IMG/VR virus record: IMGVR_UViG_3300044701_004668
Span: 2,644-66,643 of that record
Origin: a virus
DNA length: 64,000 bases
Strand: one strand, 5' to 3'
The notes under the pieces were generated by a model. The model was not told the DNA's origin. It searched no databases and saw only the letters and a program-made list of their open reading frames with translations. Of this stretch, positions 10,100-20,712 are shown one piece after another; position 1 is the stretch's first letter; each line of letters begins with the position of its first letter. Position numbers and translations under genes: made by a program.

Positions 10100-13000
10100 T
10101 TAGCTCGGAATTCCAAGGGACTTGCGAAGTTGATTGTTGTTCTTGATCCGGCGATTTGCAAGATCCGCCCCCCGATTCGCCCCTCGGATCTCTGCCTTGC
10201 GCCCGATCTCCTCGGCTTCATCCCTGGTGACAAACTCTTGATTATTGATAATAACCGATTCAAACCTGATAACGCCAGAATCTCCAGAGCTGCCAGTAGC
10301 TGCAAGACCTTCGCTCTTCGCAAAAGGAATACTCAGCCCAGCCTCTTCTGCAATCTGCATCATCCTGGCTGCGCTCATCGCCCCGCCCTCCTTCCTGAAG
10401 GGAACCGACAGCGTGCGAGCCGCCACGGCCTCATCATCGCCCTCCTGGTCGTCGCCAAGGGCGTCGAGAGACTCAAATGGCACCGACAGATCAGCCTCAA
10501 CGCCCAGGCGCCCATCAGCCCCTCTGCGCAGCGGCATGATCGCCTCCGGCCCAGCCTCGCCCGTCAGCCCGGTCTTCTGGATGCCGCCCTCTTCAAACTC
10601 AAAGAGCGTGGGCGATTTAACAATTCCGCCCATCGCAAATTGATAACCAGGAGCAACCGATGAATTGCCGAAAACGTTAAATCCAGCAGGGGGCGCAGAG
10701 AAGCCGCCAGTGCCACCAGAGGGGAGACCTGGCTTCATCATGCCAGCAACACTCAGGCCAATACTTCCCACCGTGGTAAGAATTGAGCCAATACCACCAA
10801 GAACATTTCCAATTCCGCCCTGCTTAACCTGCTGAACACCGCCAACAATTCCAACGACAGCACTTGAGGCAAGCCCAAGGGCTGTTACGGCTTGCCCAAG
10901 ATTGAGTTGCCACTGGCCAGAGGCCGTCGAGAAATCAAGTGTCTTGCGCTTGAAATACTCATTAAACAGATTGGTCTCCTCCCCAAACTGCCAGATCCCC
11001 TCGGCAGCGCTATATGTATAGCCAGTTAGCTTATCGGTTTGTGTTTGGACCTCATTTACCGAGTTGGTAAATTTTTCGACCTCAAGCTCTGGCGCACTGT
11101 CAGGCAGCGGAAATACCTGGCGACCACCTGGAACCTGATCATTTGACCCGCCCATTCCAGTAAAGGCGCTGGTCGGCAGGCTGGATCTGGTGTCAAACTG
11201 CTGGGAGTAAGGGATTCGCTGAATGGGGGTGGCCTGCGGCTGGGTTGGATTTGTCGTTGTCGGATTTGCATAGGGTTGCCCATTGACCATTCTCTCAAGC
11301 GCTTCAAATCTTCTCACTTGATCTTTCATCATTTCCCCCAGAGCTTCTGGGTATGCGTCAAGCGGAGGTGAACCAGGGTCCGTCACGACATCGATCAACT
11401 TCTTCCTCGCCAGCCCATATAGGCGAGTGTCTGGATTGGCAACCCCGGACTTAAACTCTTGCTCTGCTTGCTGTAGGAACAATTCCGCCATATTTGCATG
11501 ACGGACTGCCGCTTCCGTCCATTTATCCTGCATCGCAGATTCAGGAATTTGAGCAAGGCCGCCAATTAACCCAGTGCCTCCTGGAGCCTGCCCAATTTTT
11601 GTATTGATTTGTTCAATATTCGTTCTAATAATCTTGATTTCTTCAAGTTGCTGCAGCGACTCTGGCTTGATGTCAAAGCCAAGCTTGCCGGCAATGTCAA
11701 AGATTGACTTTTGCATTGCCTGTTCAACAGGCTTGAAGGCAATATCAAGAATAAGCCCAAGCGATTTCTGGCCCAACTCCTGCCCAACCCTCTTAACGGC
11801 CTCGGACGCACTGCCAAGCTCGTAGAAGTTCTCAATCAGCCCCCTAAGGGAGGAGGTGAGACTATCAGAGAAGGTCTTAAAGCGATTGATGACTTCAAGC
11901 TTTTCTTGAAGGATGTCAATCTTTTTCGCCCCGTCTATCAGGGTTTGGAATTCCTCTGAGGTGGGCTTGATACCTCTCTGAGTGAGGTCAATTAGCGTTT
12001 TTTCATATTCGCTAGTACCCACAATTGCAGAGTTGATTTCGGCTTTGAGTGACTCAATCCGAGATATTTGCTCCTCAACGGCCTCATTAAAATACTCAAG
12101 AGATGCAACAAGTTTGAGGTTTGCCTTGGCAAGATCGCCATAAAGCTTGAACAACTCTTTGTATGAAGCAGCCCCAGCAGCTTTAGAGATCTTTTCAATC
12201 GCATTATCAATTTCCCTGTTAGATCGCTCAAGTGGGTTGCCAACAAGCGCTCCCCGAAGATCTTCAAATTTATCAATTGCAGCGTTGGCGCCCTGATCAG
12301 CAAGAGCCTTGAGCTTTGCATTCAGCTCATCAATATTTCCGCCCTGAATAAGCTGAGAAATTTGATCTTCAACAGCTTTAATATCTCTGGCAAGTTGAAT
12401 GCCCTTGTTTGAGACGGATTGAATACCGGCAGTCGAAACAGATGCGCCTACAGCGAGGGGGGCGAAGGAAAGCTGAGGGGGCGGAGCGAAGCCCTTGACA
12501 AGGTTTTTCTGTTGCTCAATGAATTCAGCTTGCTTCTCAAATACAGACGCCCTGCCAAGCGCCTCTTGGGCCGAAAAAGGATTGGCCTTGGCAATATTTC
12601 TGTAAAGTTCTTCTTGCTGCTTTGCTTCCAGTCTCTTGATTTCAAGATTATTGATTGCAATATTTTTTTCAAGATTAAAACGCTTAGCATCATACTCTTG
12701 CTTTTTCCTCAGAACACTTAGCTCAATTTGCTCAATCTGCTTTTGAGTTGAAGTGTTCAGCCTCGCTACTTGCTGAGCAACATCGGCCCTGTACTGCTCT
12801 ACCTCAACTTTTTTGCCCTCGATCTCAGCTTCAAGCGAGCGACGACGATTAGCAATTTCGTTCTCAGTCGAAAGCTGCTTTTCTGTAAATTCAGTAACAA
12901 CGTCGGCAAACTGCTGCCCAAAATCGTTACCGGCAAGAGAGTTCTTTAGCTCAGCATTTGCATTTTGAAGCTGCTGAAGTCTTAAATTTCCCTGTGCGGC

Positions 13001-16000
13001 GAAAAGCTCATTTTCTTTTTGGAGATTGGAAAGTCGCTCTTGGACGATCCTTCTTTCAACGCCAAGCCTGATGTCAGCAATAGATTCCTCGTAGGACTTG
13101 ATAAGCTCACTTCTTTGGCGATCCAGATCTTGCTGCTCATTAGCCGCAGCCCTTATCGCATCCGTATATTTCTTGGTAATATCAATAGATTCAAGCTCTC
13201 GGTTAATTTTGTCAACCTGCTCTTGATAGGGCTTTAGCTGTGCTGCCTGTTTTTCTTCAGGGGTGAGGGCTGCCTGTGGTGGGGTGACTGTTGAGCGGCT
13301 TGAAAACTCTTTGGCAATTGCGTCGTACTCTTTAATAAGCCTGGCTACTCCGCCACTGCTTGCAAGATCACCACTAAATGACGATTTTGCGTAGGCTTCA
13401 TTCATCCGCCTATCAAGTTCTTTCCTTTGGCTTTCTGGCAGTCCCTGTCTTATGTTTTTGATATTCTCGGCAGCCTGAATTTCGCCAGAGACACTCTTGA
13501 CTGAACTGGTCGCCCAACGGATAAGGCCAGTGAGGGGTCCAGCCAAGACAGCTTGCATTTGCAAATTCAGCTCACCCCACGCCTTGCTCAGCTCAATGGA
13601 GCTGTCACCAAGCCTCGTTAGATCCTTGGAGCCCTGAACACCAATCTTTTTGATAATCTCGCCCTGAATAACTGCGGAAGCCTCTGCAGTTTTTCCGGAC
13701 TCAATGAGCTTAGAAATAAGGAATTCCTGACTGCGCCCAGCAAAGAGCCCGGCGTCTTTTAGCTGCTGAAAACTCTCAACGGGATACATGAGGGCCTTGC
13801 CAGTATCCTGAGCTGCAACGGCAAGCGCATCAAGAGCGGAGCCAGCAGCCGTACCAATCAGCGACAGACCGAAGCCAAGGGCGCCACCGGCAGCACCACC
13901 AGCAAAACCGCCGACACCACCACCCACAGACGCCCCCAGGCCCTGCCCAAACAGCAGCGGGAAGGCGCCACCGATCAAGCCCTCGCTAATACCAGCGGAA
14001 AGCCTGGGGTTCTTCGTGATGCGATCGAGAAAATCAGCATCAGGGGCGCGACTGGCCTGGATGTTATCAAGAGCAGGAATAGTCTGAATTAGCTCCTTGG
14101 CAAGACGCTGAGCAGCGGGGCCTACGGGATCGAGTTGAGAGTAAATTTCCTGAAGAACAGTAGAAAGCGCCTTGAGCCTTTCGGAGGAAAGCTTTGCCGG
14201 CTTTTCAAGCTGACTCAGTGTTACAAGACCGGGCGTGCCAAGAAGTGAAGGGGTGAATTCGCGGACGACTTTATCAATGGCCTCCTGCGGCGAAACTTCC
14301 CCAAAGAATGCCCCGGACCCAGCCAGTGACTCCCTAAGGCCCTCAAAGCTTTTGCTGAACCCAGTCGCTCTTCCTCTCTCTGCGAGCACATTTCTGGATT
14401 GCTTTGCTGCGTTTTCAGCTTCTTGCGTTGCCCTGAGTACCGCTCGGAGATCGCGTGCAGTATCCTCTATATTTTTCTCGGTAATTTGCCCTTCAAGTTG
14501 CTTGAGGTTGTTAATTCTCGTCTGTACGGCAGCACGCTCTTCAGCGACATCAACGCCCTTGCCCTGAAGAGAGATTAACTGCCCCTCAAGGGTGTAAGAC
14601 CTGCTAAGAAGAGCATTCCTGCGGCCCTCGATTGCTTCAACGGTTAGACCCCTGGAGGCAGCACTCGCCCCGCCAGTTGCATAAGTGCCCGCAGCCCTTG
14701 CTTCGCTAATTGCAACACTAAGCTGCTTTTTCAGAGTGGATACTTCCGCAGAAATAATGTTCAGATTTTCTTTACTTGCTTCAACAGAATTCGATTCAAG
14801 CTTTTTAATTAGCTCCAGCACCCTTGCTCGGGCAGTCTCCGCCTGAACCCCCTTCTTTGACTCAATGGTGTAATCATTGTTGAGCTTCTTCAGGTCAAGC
14901 AGGCGATCTTTGAAAGGACCGCTCGCTTTCAACCTATTATCGAAATCTCTTCCGGCTTCCAAGCCTTGCTGGTTAAGTTCTTTGTAAAGATTTTCAAGCT
15001 CTCCAAAACTACCGGTAAGTTTACTTGTAAAATCATCAATATCTGAGCTGTCAAACAGTTCTTTGTTTTCAAGTCTTTCAAGGTACGAGTCCCACTCTTG
15101 AGTGTACTCGATAGCTTTTTTATAAAGATTATTGACTCGCTCAGTATCCTTGTTAAGCTTTTGGTACGAAGAAGTTGATTCTTTTACCTGATCGGAAATT
15201 TTACGGGCGGCATCAAAGTTTCTGCCTTCAATTTCGCCTCTCGCTGCAAGAGTTTTGTTCGTCAACTCTTGCTTCTGAGAAGAGGTCAGCGAGCTTTCAT
15301 TGATTTTCTTCTGAAGAGCATCTTGCTCCTCAAGCAACTTGTTTACCTTCTCAACGGTTTCTATCTCTTTTTCTTTTGCCTTCGGAGAACCAGCAACTAG
15401 GCTACCACCCGGCAGCTTTCCGGTAATCGGGAGGAAATCAGTCCCCAGAACGCCAAAGGTTCTAGTTTTACCAAGCCCGCCAGCCCCGGCAACCTTGGTT
15501 CGCATCTCGCCCAAGGCATTGCTAACTTTATTGACATCCCCAAGCAACTCTCTGACTTGAGCGGTAGAAGCCTCTGCGTTGCTTTGCGTAATATTGCCCT
15601 CAAGCTCCTTGAGTTTATTCTTGGCGGTCTGTATATTTACAAGCTCTTGCTCAACTGCTATGCCCGAGGCCCCAAGAGTCAGAAGACTCCTCTCGATGCC
15701 CTGAGCCTTTGCGAATACTCTTTGCCTGCGATCTTCAGTTTGCTGCGCAGGATCCTGAGCAGCTCGCCTATTCAGTCTTTCGTAAGACTTTCTCTGCTCG
15801 TCAAGCTCTCGCGTAATTGAGTGAGCCGTGTCCAGCCTGCCCTTCACTAGAGCAGTATTTGCCTCATCTAGCCTGAGAAGCAAGTCTTTTTGCTGGGTTT
15901 TAGTTAAATTGGCATTTTTGATTCTTTCTTCAATTGCCGTTTGCTTCTCAAGCTCAGCATTTACCAGTCTGTTGAATTTCAGCTCTTCCGCTGATCTTTC

Positions 16001-17056
16001 TGGGCCAAAGACAATACTTTTCGCTGGCCCCATGCGAGGGGCCTCTTCAGGGCCAAAGTCCTTTTTATTTTGATTCAGCGCAACCCGGTCTAGCTGATCA
16101 TCGACCAGCTTGATTGCACTAGCAACTCTTGTCCATTCAGAGCTGGCGATTGGAAGAAGCGAAAGAATATTTGAAAGCTCGCCTCTGTAAGCACCAAGTC
16201 CGGCAATACTTTTTGCGATGCCTGGGTAAGCGGCAATTACTTCATCAACCTGCTTTCTCGCCCCGGCGAGATCCTCTTTCCCCAGAAAGCTACCGAAGCT
16301 AGTTTTAGGAGCTTCAGCAGAAAAAGCCTCGGCAAGAACCTGAAAAGTCTTCCTAGAGGTGGCAGCAAGTTTCTGAGATGCAAGCTCAGAAGAAATAGTA
16401 AACTTCCTGAAAGATTTTGATGCCGTCTCGGAATTGCTTGCAATTTCCGAAAACAACTGAACTTGCTGCTTGAGACTTGCTTGCGGCAGATTTGAAGCCA
16501 GTCCTTTCAGGAATTGCCCCTGCACCCCAATCTTTCTTGAAGCGCCAAGCTTCAAGTATTGATCGGCCAATTGATTTACAAACCGAATTTCCTCCTCAAG
16601 CGCAGGAATGGCAGCAGCCCTTTTCTGTGCTCGCCCTATCTCCTTGAAGGTACTTGTGACACCAGAGCTGAGTCTTTCATATTCTTCGCCCAATCGCTTA
16701 GCAAGATCTATGTTTCTTTTGAGAGCCTCTTGATCGGCTTTGTACGCTTTGCTATCTGGATTCCTTCTTTTATTTTGCAGCTTAAGCTCCAGGGTTGCCC
16801 GTTTAAGGAGCAAGTCTGTCTGCTGCTCTTCATTTCTTTTTAGCTGAGTTTGATATATTGCTTGTTTTTTGATTAGGCCATCTATAGCTTTTTGAGCAGC
16901 AACACTTGCCGTTGCAACGCCCTTGGTGTTAAATTGAATTGGCGTAGCCTTAACTTTATCGACCAGGGAAGAAAGCTGGTCGATGCTGCTAAGAACGCGA
17001 TCAATTTGCCGCTGACCCCTAACAATCAGATCAATAGTTGCCTGATAGTTGGCCAT
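10100..17056 (-). CDS. Tail tape measure protein
   Basis: 2318 aa, largely coiled-coil, with Gly/Ala hydrophobic stretches and a C-terminal AMGGIV...GEAGPEAIMPL motif. Follows the chaperone genes. Confidence 0.92.
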   Translation of the reverse strand: MANYQATIDLIVRGQRQIDRVLSSIDQLSSLVDKVKATPIQFNTKGVATASVAAQKAIDGLIKKQAIYQTQLKRNEEQQTDLLLKRATLELKLQNKRRNPDSKAYKADQEALKRNIDLAKRLGEEYERLSSGVTSTFKEIGRAQKRAAAIPALEEEIRFVNQLADQYLKLGASRKIGVQGQFLKGLASNLPQASLKQQVQLFSEIASNSETASKSFRKFTISSELASQKLAATSRKTFQVLAEAFSAEAPKTSFGSFLGKEDLAGARKQVDEVIAAYPGIAKSIAGLGAYRGELSNILSLLPIASSEWTRVASAIKLVDDQLDRVALNQNKKDFGPEEAPRMGPAKSIVFGPERSAEELKFNRLVNAELEKQTAIEERIKNANLTKTQQKDLLLRLDEANTALVKGRLDTAHSITRELDEQRKSYERLNRRAAQDPAQQTEDRRQRVFAKAQGIERSLLTLGASGIAVEQELVNIQTAKNKLKELEGNITQSNAEASTAQVRELLGDVNKVSNALGEMRTKVAGAGGLGKTRTFGVLGTDFLPITGKLPGGSLVAGSPKAKEKEIETVEKVNKLLEEQDALQKKINESSLTSSQKQELTNKTLAARGEIEGRNFDAARKISDQVKESTSSYQKLNKDTERVNNLYKKAIEYTQEWDSYLERLENKELFDSSDIDDFTSKLTGSFGELENLYKELNQQGLEAGRDFDNRLKASGPFKDRLLDLKKLNNDYTIESKKGVQAETARARVLELIKKLESNSVEASKENLNIISAEVSTLKKQLSVAISEARAAGTYATGGASAASRGLTVEAIEGRRNALLSRSYTLEGQLISLQGKGVDVAEERAAVQTRINNLKQLEGQITEKNIEDTARDLRAVLRATQEAENAAKQSRNVLAERGRATGFSKSFEGLRESLAGSGAFFGEVSPQEAIDKVVREFTPSLLGTPGLVTLSQLEKPAKLSSERLKALSTVLQEIYSQLDPVGPAAQRLAKELIQTIPALDNIQASRAPDADFLDRITKNPRLSAGISEGLIGGAFPLLFGQGLGASVGGGVGGFAGGAAGGALGFGLSLIGTAAGSALDALAVAAQDTGKALMYPVESFQQLKDAGLFAGRSQEFLISKLIESGKTAEASAVIQGEIIKKIGVQGSKDLTRLGDSSIELSKAWGELNLQMQAVLAGPLTGLIRWATSSVKSVSGEIQAAENIKNIRQGLPESQRKELDRRMNEAYAKSSFSGDLASSGGVARLIKEYDAIAKEFSSRSTVTPPQAALTPEEKQAAQLKPYQEQVDKINRELESIDITKKYTDAIRAAANEQQDLDRQRSELIKSYEESIADIRLGVERRIVQERLSNLQKENELFAAQGNLRLQQLQNANAELKNSLAGNDFGQQFADVVTEFTEKQLSTENEIANRRRSLEAEIEGKKVEVEQYRADVAQQVARLNTSTQKQIEQIELSVLRKKQEYDAKRFNLEKNIAINNLEIKRLEAKQQEELYRNIAKANPFSAQEALGRASVFEKQAEFIEQQKNLVKGFAPPPQLSFAPLAVGASVSTAGIQSVSNKGIQLARDIKAVEDQISQLIQGGNIDELNAKLKALADQGANAAIDKFEDLRGALVGNPLERSNREIDNAIEKISKAAGAASYKELFKLYGDLAKANLKLVASLEYFNEAVEEQISRIESLKAEINSAIVGTSEYEKTLIDLTQRGIKPTSEEFQTLIDGAKKIDILQEKLEVINRFKTFSDSLTSSLRGLIENFYELGSASEAVKRVGQELGQKSLGLILDIAFKPVEQAMQKSIFDIAGKLGFDIKPESLQQLEEIKIIRTNIEQINTKIGQAPGGTGLIGGLAQIPESAMQDKWTEAAVRHANMAELFLQQAEQEFKSGVANPDTRLYGLARKKLIDVVTDPGSPPLDAYPEALGEMMKDQVRRFEALERMVNGQPYANPTTTNPTQPQATPIQRIPYSQQFDTRSSLPTSAFTGMGGSNDQVPGGRQVFPLPDSAPELEVEKFTNSVNEVQTQTDKLTGYTYSAAEGIWQFGEETNLFNEYFKRKTLDFSTASGQWQLNLGQAVTALGLASSAVVGIVGGVQQVKQGGIGNVLGGIGSILTTVGSIGLSVAGMMKPGLPSGGTGGFSAPPAGFNVFGNSSVAPGYQFAMGGIVKSPTLFEFEEGGIQKTGLTGEAGPEAIMPLRRGADGRLGVEADLSVPFESLDALGDDQEGDDEAVAARTLSVPFRKEGGAMSAARMMQIAEEAGLSIPFAKSEGLAATGSSGDSGVIRFESVIINNQEFVTRDEAEEIGRKAEIRGANRGADLANRRIKNNNQLRKSLGIPS

Positions 17057-17092
17057 GCCGCAACAATTACTCGTATCAACAGTCTAGGCAAG

Positions 17093-17123
17093 AAAAAGCC
17101 GCCAACCCAGGAGAGTCAGCGGC
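17093..17123 (-). terminator. Rho-independent terminator after the tail chaperone
   Basis: GCCGCTGAC-TCTCCTGG-GTTGGCGGC followed by TTTTT on the minus strand. Confidence 0.7.
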
Positions 17124-17310
17124 GTCTCTTGATTTTGTCCATTTCTTCTTTATGTCTCTTTGACTTAATCGAATAATATGCTTGCCACAGAATCATTTCT
17201 TCTTCTGTGACTTTATTCTTTAAGTCCGAAAGAGTCATTTTTAACTCTTCCGCGAGAGACAATTGAAAGTAGAGTCTGTTGTCAGACTCAAGCTGCGATT
17301 CAATCGCTTT
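17116..17310 (-). CDS. Tail assembly chaperone C-terminal (gpT-like) frameshift segment
   Basis: The +1 frame relative to the chaperone reads KAIESQLESDNRLYFQLSLAEELKMTLSDLKNKVTEEEMILWQAYYSIK...RRR*. LAEEL.MT..L...EE..W.AY is the usual gpGT C-terminal pattern. Confidence 0.7.
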   Translation of the reverse strand, partial: KAIESQLESDNRLYFQLSLAEELKMTLSDLKNKVTEEEMILWQAYYSIKSKRHKEEMDKIKRRR

Positions 17311-17680
17311 TCATGTCATCATTGATCTCTTCGTCTTCGTTCGGACGGAAAACCTTCAGAATCATCTGCTGAAGGATTTCGTCAGGAACTTCCTGCTTCA
17401 GGATCGCTGCCTCGCCGGGGCGAAACAGAGGCTGCCCGGTCTCGTCCTTCGCCTTCAGGATCAGGAGCTGGAGGGCGTAGTCACTGGTCGAGTCAGTCTT
17501 GGCGTTGCGCTGAGCCTTCTCGCGCTCAGCAGCCGTCAGGGGCGTCACGTAGAACTCAAGCTCATCGCCATTGTCGAGAAGCACGACTTGCTTGATGGGC
17601 TCAAAGTTGGCAGCCTTGCGCAGACGGTCGATCGCACGCATGGAAGAAGTGGAGGGGGGCGTAGCAGGAGTGGAAGCCAT
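17300..17680 (-). CDS. Tail assembly chaperone (gpG-like)
   Basis: 126 aa upstream of the tape measure gene, PLTAAER...KAKDETGQPLF, with an overlapping downstream frame. Confidence 0.8.
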   Translation of the reverse strand: MASTPATPPSTSSMRAIDRLRKAANFEPIKQVVLLDNGDELEFYVTPLTAAEREKAQRNAKTDSTSDYALQLLILKAKDETGQPLFRPGEAAILKQEVPDEILQQMILKVFRPNEDEEINDDMKSD

Positions 17681-17755
17681 TGACCAGTGAGGGGCAACTT
17701 GCCTGAAAAGTCTAGTACGCCGGAACTCAAGTTTTCAAGGGGCGTGAGAAAATGA

Positions 17756-18331
17756 TCACTCGATTCCAACAAACTTCAAGAAGCCAACCGTGATCGAGGA
17801 AGTGCTGCTTTGGTTCTGAACAATGAAAAAGATTCTATCGTTCGTGTTCAATTGACATACCGTTTGGATAGCGGCAGGCTTTGGTTGGTTAGAGCTAGAG
17901 CCTGCGTTTGCATAAATCTCTGACTCGGAAATCCTGTCGGCATTCGGATCGAGGGCAGAAGATGGATTCTGATTTCTTCCAATATAAAATCCACAAATAT
18001 CTTGAGAGCCAGAAGTAAAACTAAATGTGGCAACAATATGGAAAATGCCCCCATCCCCCGTATATTTGAGAGAATTGCTTGATGGATCTTTGATGAAGTT
18101 GACAAGCGTGCCAGTCTGCATCGTGCCCTGAACCACTGCTCGGGCATTGATTTCTGCAATTGTCGTCGGAGTTGTATTATTTTTCAAATAAATCACCCCA
18201 ATATCCCTTGAAGGCGCAGGCCCCGGAGGCCCCGGAGGCCCTGCAGGCCCTGGAGGCCCCGAAAAGCCAGGGGTGCGAAGAATAATCTTCGGATGCTCTT
18301 GAACGTTTCCAGAGTTTCCAAAGTTTGACAT
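17756..18331 (-). CDS. Collagen-like fibre/adaptor protein
   Basis: IILRTPG followed by GPP triplets and a beta-rich C-terminal domain. Confidence 0.6.
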   Translation of the reverse strand: MSNFGNSGNVQEHPKIILRTPGFSGPPGPAGPPGPPGPAPSRDIGVIYLKNNTTPTTIAEINARAVVQGTMQTGTLVNFIKDPSSNSLKYTGDGGIFHIVATFSFTSGSQDICGFYIGRNQNPSSALDPNADRISESEIYANAGSSSNQPKPAAIQTVCQLNTNDRIFFIVQNQSSTSSITVGFLKFVGIE

Positions 18332-18398
18332 AGCCTAGGGGGCGAAATGCTCTCTCATGAGGTTAGCAGATAAGTCAGCAACCGCAGCCTCTAGATGG

Positions 18399-18809
18399 CT
18401 ACTGAGGCACTTGAAACACTTGCAGGAACTCCTGTGGCAAATGATGAGCTTCTGCAGCCTGTTCCATTGCAAGCAAGACTTCATTGGACAGCAAGCCCTG
18501 ATTACGAAGCAAGGAGATAGCCGTGCGAAGATGCCCAATCTCGCCGGCTTCTGCAGCCAAAATCGCCCCAGGAAGACTACAGGTAGTAATTGCGTTACCG
18601 GCAAGCGCAAGATCATAAGCCTCGCGTATCTCTACACTGGTGAGCAGCGATTCCCCAAAACCATCAAAGTCTGGCTCAGGGTGCAGATAGCCAAGCGCAG
18701 CAGAAGCTACATCGTCCGACGAAGTACCTAGTGGCAATACAATTGCTGGACGACTTGGATCAAAGTCATCAGTAATTGTAATATTTTCGTGCCCGTAATG
18801 AATAGCCAT
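18399..18809 (-). CDS. Hypothetical protein, possible fibre chaperone
   Basis: Start moved to ATG 18809 (MAIHYGH), directly after the stop of the upstream gene. Confidence 0.55.
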   Translation of the reverse strand: MAIHYGHENITITDDFDPSRPAIVLPLGTSSDDVASAALGYLHPEPDFDGFGESLLTSVEIREAYDLALAGNAITTCSLPGAILAAEAGEIGHLRTAISLLRNQGLLSNEVLLAMEQAAEAHHLPQEFLQVFQVPQ

Positions 18810-18811
18810 AA

Positions 18812-19513
18812 CTAGAGAAGAGCGGATACCTTCAGATAGACAATGCCTCCACGCCCCGCCCCCGTCGCCTTCGTGGTCGAAGCGCCCGTCAGATTTGGCC
18901 AAGTACCAAAAGTTTGAGCGAAAATTCGATAGTAGGACGCAACAGCGGCAGCATTTGTAATGTCACCAATTGAATCAGAGCCAAGTATATAACCTATGGC
19001 ATTAGAGGCTGCTGAAAGATGTTGCAATATCGGCGTGCCGCCTGAATTTGTCGCCATCCAGTAAATCGCGCCAGCCGAGATATTGAAAGAGGTAACAGAA
19101 GCGGTAATGGTGCCGGTAGCGGCAGAACTCAAGTTTCCAGTTGAAGCCAGGGGCGTGCCAGTTGGCAGCCCACTCAAAGATGAATAAATTGCAAGCTGAG
19201 TCGAGCTTCCCACAGATGCCGAGGTAACACGAGCCCCAAGTGCGTCAACTGAAATTGATCGCTGAAGAATAAAAGGAAATAGATAAATGTTATTGGCAAC
19301 ATGAGCAATACCAGCCGAGACAGCCCCCAAAACAGGACTAATCCAGTTGCCAACTGCATAGCCGGCAAAGCTACTGCCAGAACCCGAAGGCGTTGCCCAT
19401 GTAGGAACCTGACCAGGGCCGGCAGATTGCAGCACCTGGCCAGCCGTACCGGCACTACCATTTACCTGCAAAGGGCCGCTAAAGTTAGCGCCCGTAAGCA
19501 AATCTCTTGTCAT
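18812..19513 (-). CDS. Tail fibre-like protein
   Basis: GTAGQVLQSAGPG..PTW fibre repeat followed by a beta-sandwich-like domain. Confidence 0.6.
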   Translation of the reverse strand: MTRDLLTGANFSGPLQVNGSAGTAGQVLQSAGPGQVPTWATPSGSGSSFAGYAVGNWISPVLGAVSAGIAHVANNIYLFPFILQRSISVDALGARVTSASVGSSTQLAIYSSLSGLPTGTPLASTGNLSSAATGTITASVTSFNISAGAIYWMATNSGGTPILQHLSAASNAIGYILGSDSIGDITNAAAVASYYRIFAQTFGTWPNLTGASTTKATGAGRGGIVYLKVSALL

Positions 19514-20301
19514 CAGCCAACCACGACAACGCGATAAGCGTTAGAAGTAGGCGCAGTAGCAAATACCACCGTCAAGGTATTAGTCGTAGCGTGAGTGACA
19601 TCAGTAATCACCTCTTCGCCCGTACTGTTATTGAACACAGTGACGTTCACATCCAAAGTTGCAAGATTGTGAGTCACAGTGTAGCTAGTGTTGGTGCCGT
19701 CACCAATACTTGCGGCATATTTCTTGATGCGCCCACTCCAGGTAGCGAGCTTCAGGGGCGTAATAAAACGCTGATCGTCAGTCCCGGTGTTGACCTCTGC
19801 TTGCGTAGCAATTTCGGCAATGCCAGCAGTCGTCTCAGAGGCCGAAGGGGCGGAAGTGCCAAATGTAACCCAGCTAACAGGGCTACTATCAATCGTGCCG
19901 TTGATTTGATCCTGCCTGTAAGAAGTGGAACTGCTCGTCCCCTCCTCAACACTTGTAACTGCTTGCTCAAGCTCTGCGAAAGTATTTGCGTCCAGAGCAC
20001 GAGTCATGGCAACGGCAGCGCCGTTCCAGACATAAATTCCGTTTTGAGAATCGGTAGCCTGCGCACGCACAAGAACACGATCCTGTGACGCCATCGTGAC
20101 GCCATCAATCGTGGCCCCAGGACTTGAAAGATTCAGGCTGGACTGAGTAGCAACCCGACAGGAATCCTTCCACGCCAGGCCCTCAACAAGACCATCGACA
20201 TAGGACTTGGATGCCGCATCGCCAGCACTGCTAGGGGCGGGAAGATTGATGACTTTGCTGACCGACTGGAAGTCAAAGTCGGTAAAGATTTTCCGTGGCA
20301 T
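19513..20301 (-). CDS. Tail fibre-like protein
   Basis: DAASKSYVD, WKDSCRVAT, DRVLV..Q...QNGIY, ASETTAGIAEIATQAE and VTHNL motifs, all common in phage fibres. Confidence 0.75.
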   Translation of the reverse strand: MPRKIFTDFDFQSVSKVINLPAPSSAGDAASKSYVDGLVEGLAWKDSCRVATQSSLNLSSPGATIDGVTMASQDRVLVRAQATDSQNGIYVWNGAAVAMTRALDANTFAELEQAVTSVEEGTSSSTSYRQDQINGTIDSSPVSWVTFGTSAPSASETTAGIAEIATQAEVNTGTDDQRFITPLKLATWSGRIKKYAASIGDGTNTSYTVTHNLATLDVNVTVFNNSTGEEVITDVTHATTNTLTVVFATAPTSNAYRVVVVG

Positions 20302-20302
20302 C

Positions 20303-20596
20303 TTAGTTTAACCGCGCAAAGCCGCTGGTTGGTACTGTAAACACGATAGCGACAGTGTTGACACTCGGATGGGACACATCGGCTTCGATCTTCTGACTAC
20401 CACTATCAAACACTTGAACACTTGGCTGAAACCCGAGGCCGTGATTGATCAGCCATGTAGAAGAGGGGGCGACCTGTGAGTAAAAATAAAACGATGAGGG
20501 CGGTCCGGGGGGACCAGGGACGCCGGAAAAACCAGGGGTGCGAAGAATAATTTTCGGCTGCCCCTGGACGCTCTCAACGTTTCCGTAGCTTGTCAT
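20303..20596 (-). CDS. Small collagen-motif fibre/adaptor protein
   Basis: IILRTPG-GPP N-terminus followed by a W.INHGLG..PSV domain. Confidence 0.65.
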   Translation of the reverse strand: MTSYGNVESVQGQPKIILRTPGFSGVPGPPGPPSSFYFYSQVAPSSTWLINHGLGFQPSVQVFDSGSQKIEADVSHPSVNTVAIVFTVPTSGFARLN

Positions 20597-20712
20597 AGCT
20601 TAACTACCAAGGGCCTACTCCATAATATTAGCAAGTGCAGCAACTGCCCACAGTTCTGCATAATTGGTAAAAGCAGAAGGTTCAAAATTCTTACATAGCA
20701 ATCACTTGAGCG

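Noticed and set aside
18250-20560. Shared DNA between fibre genes as a DGR template/variable pair
   Set aside because: The shared stretch is short and N-terminal, mismatches are not adenine-specific, and there is no reverse transcriptase in the window.
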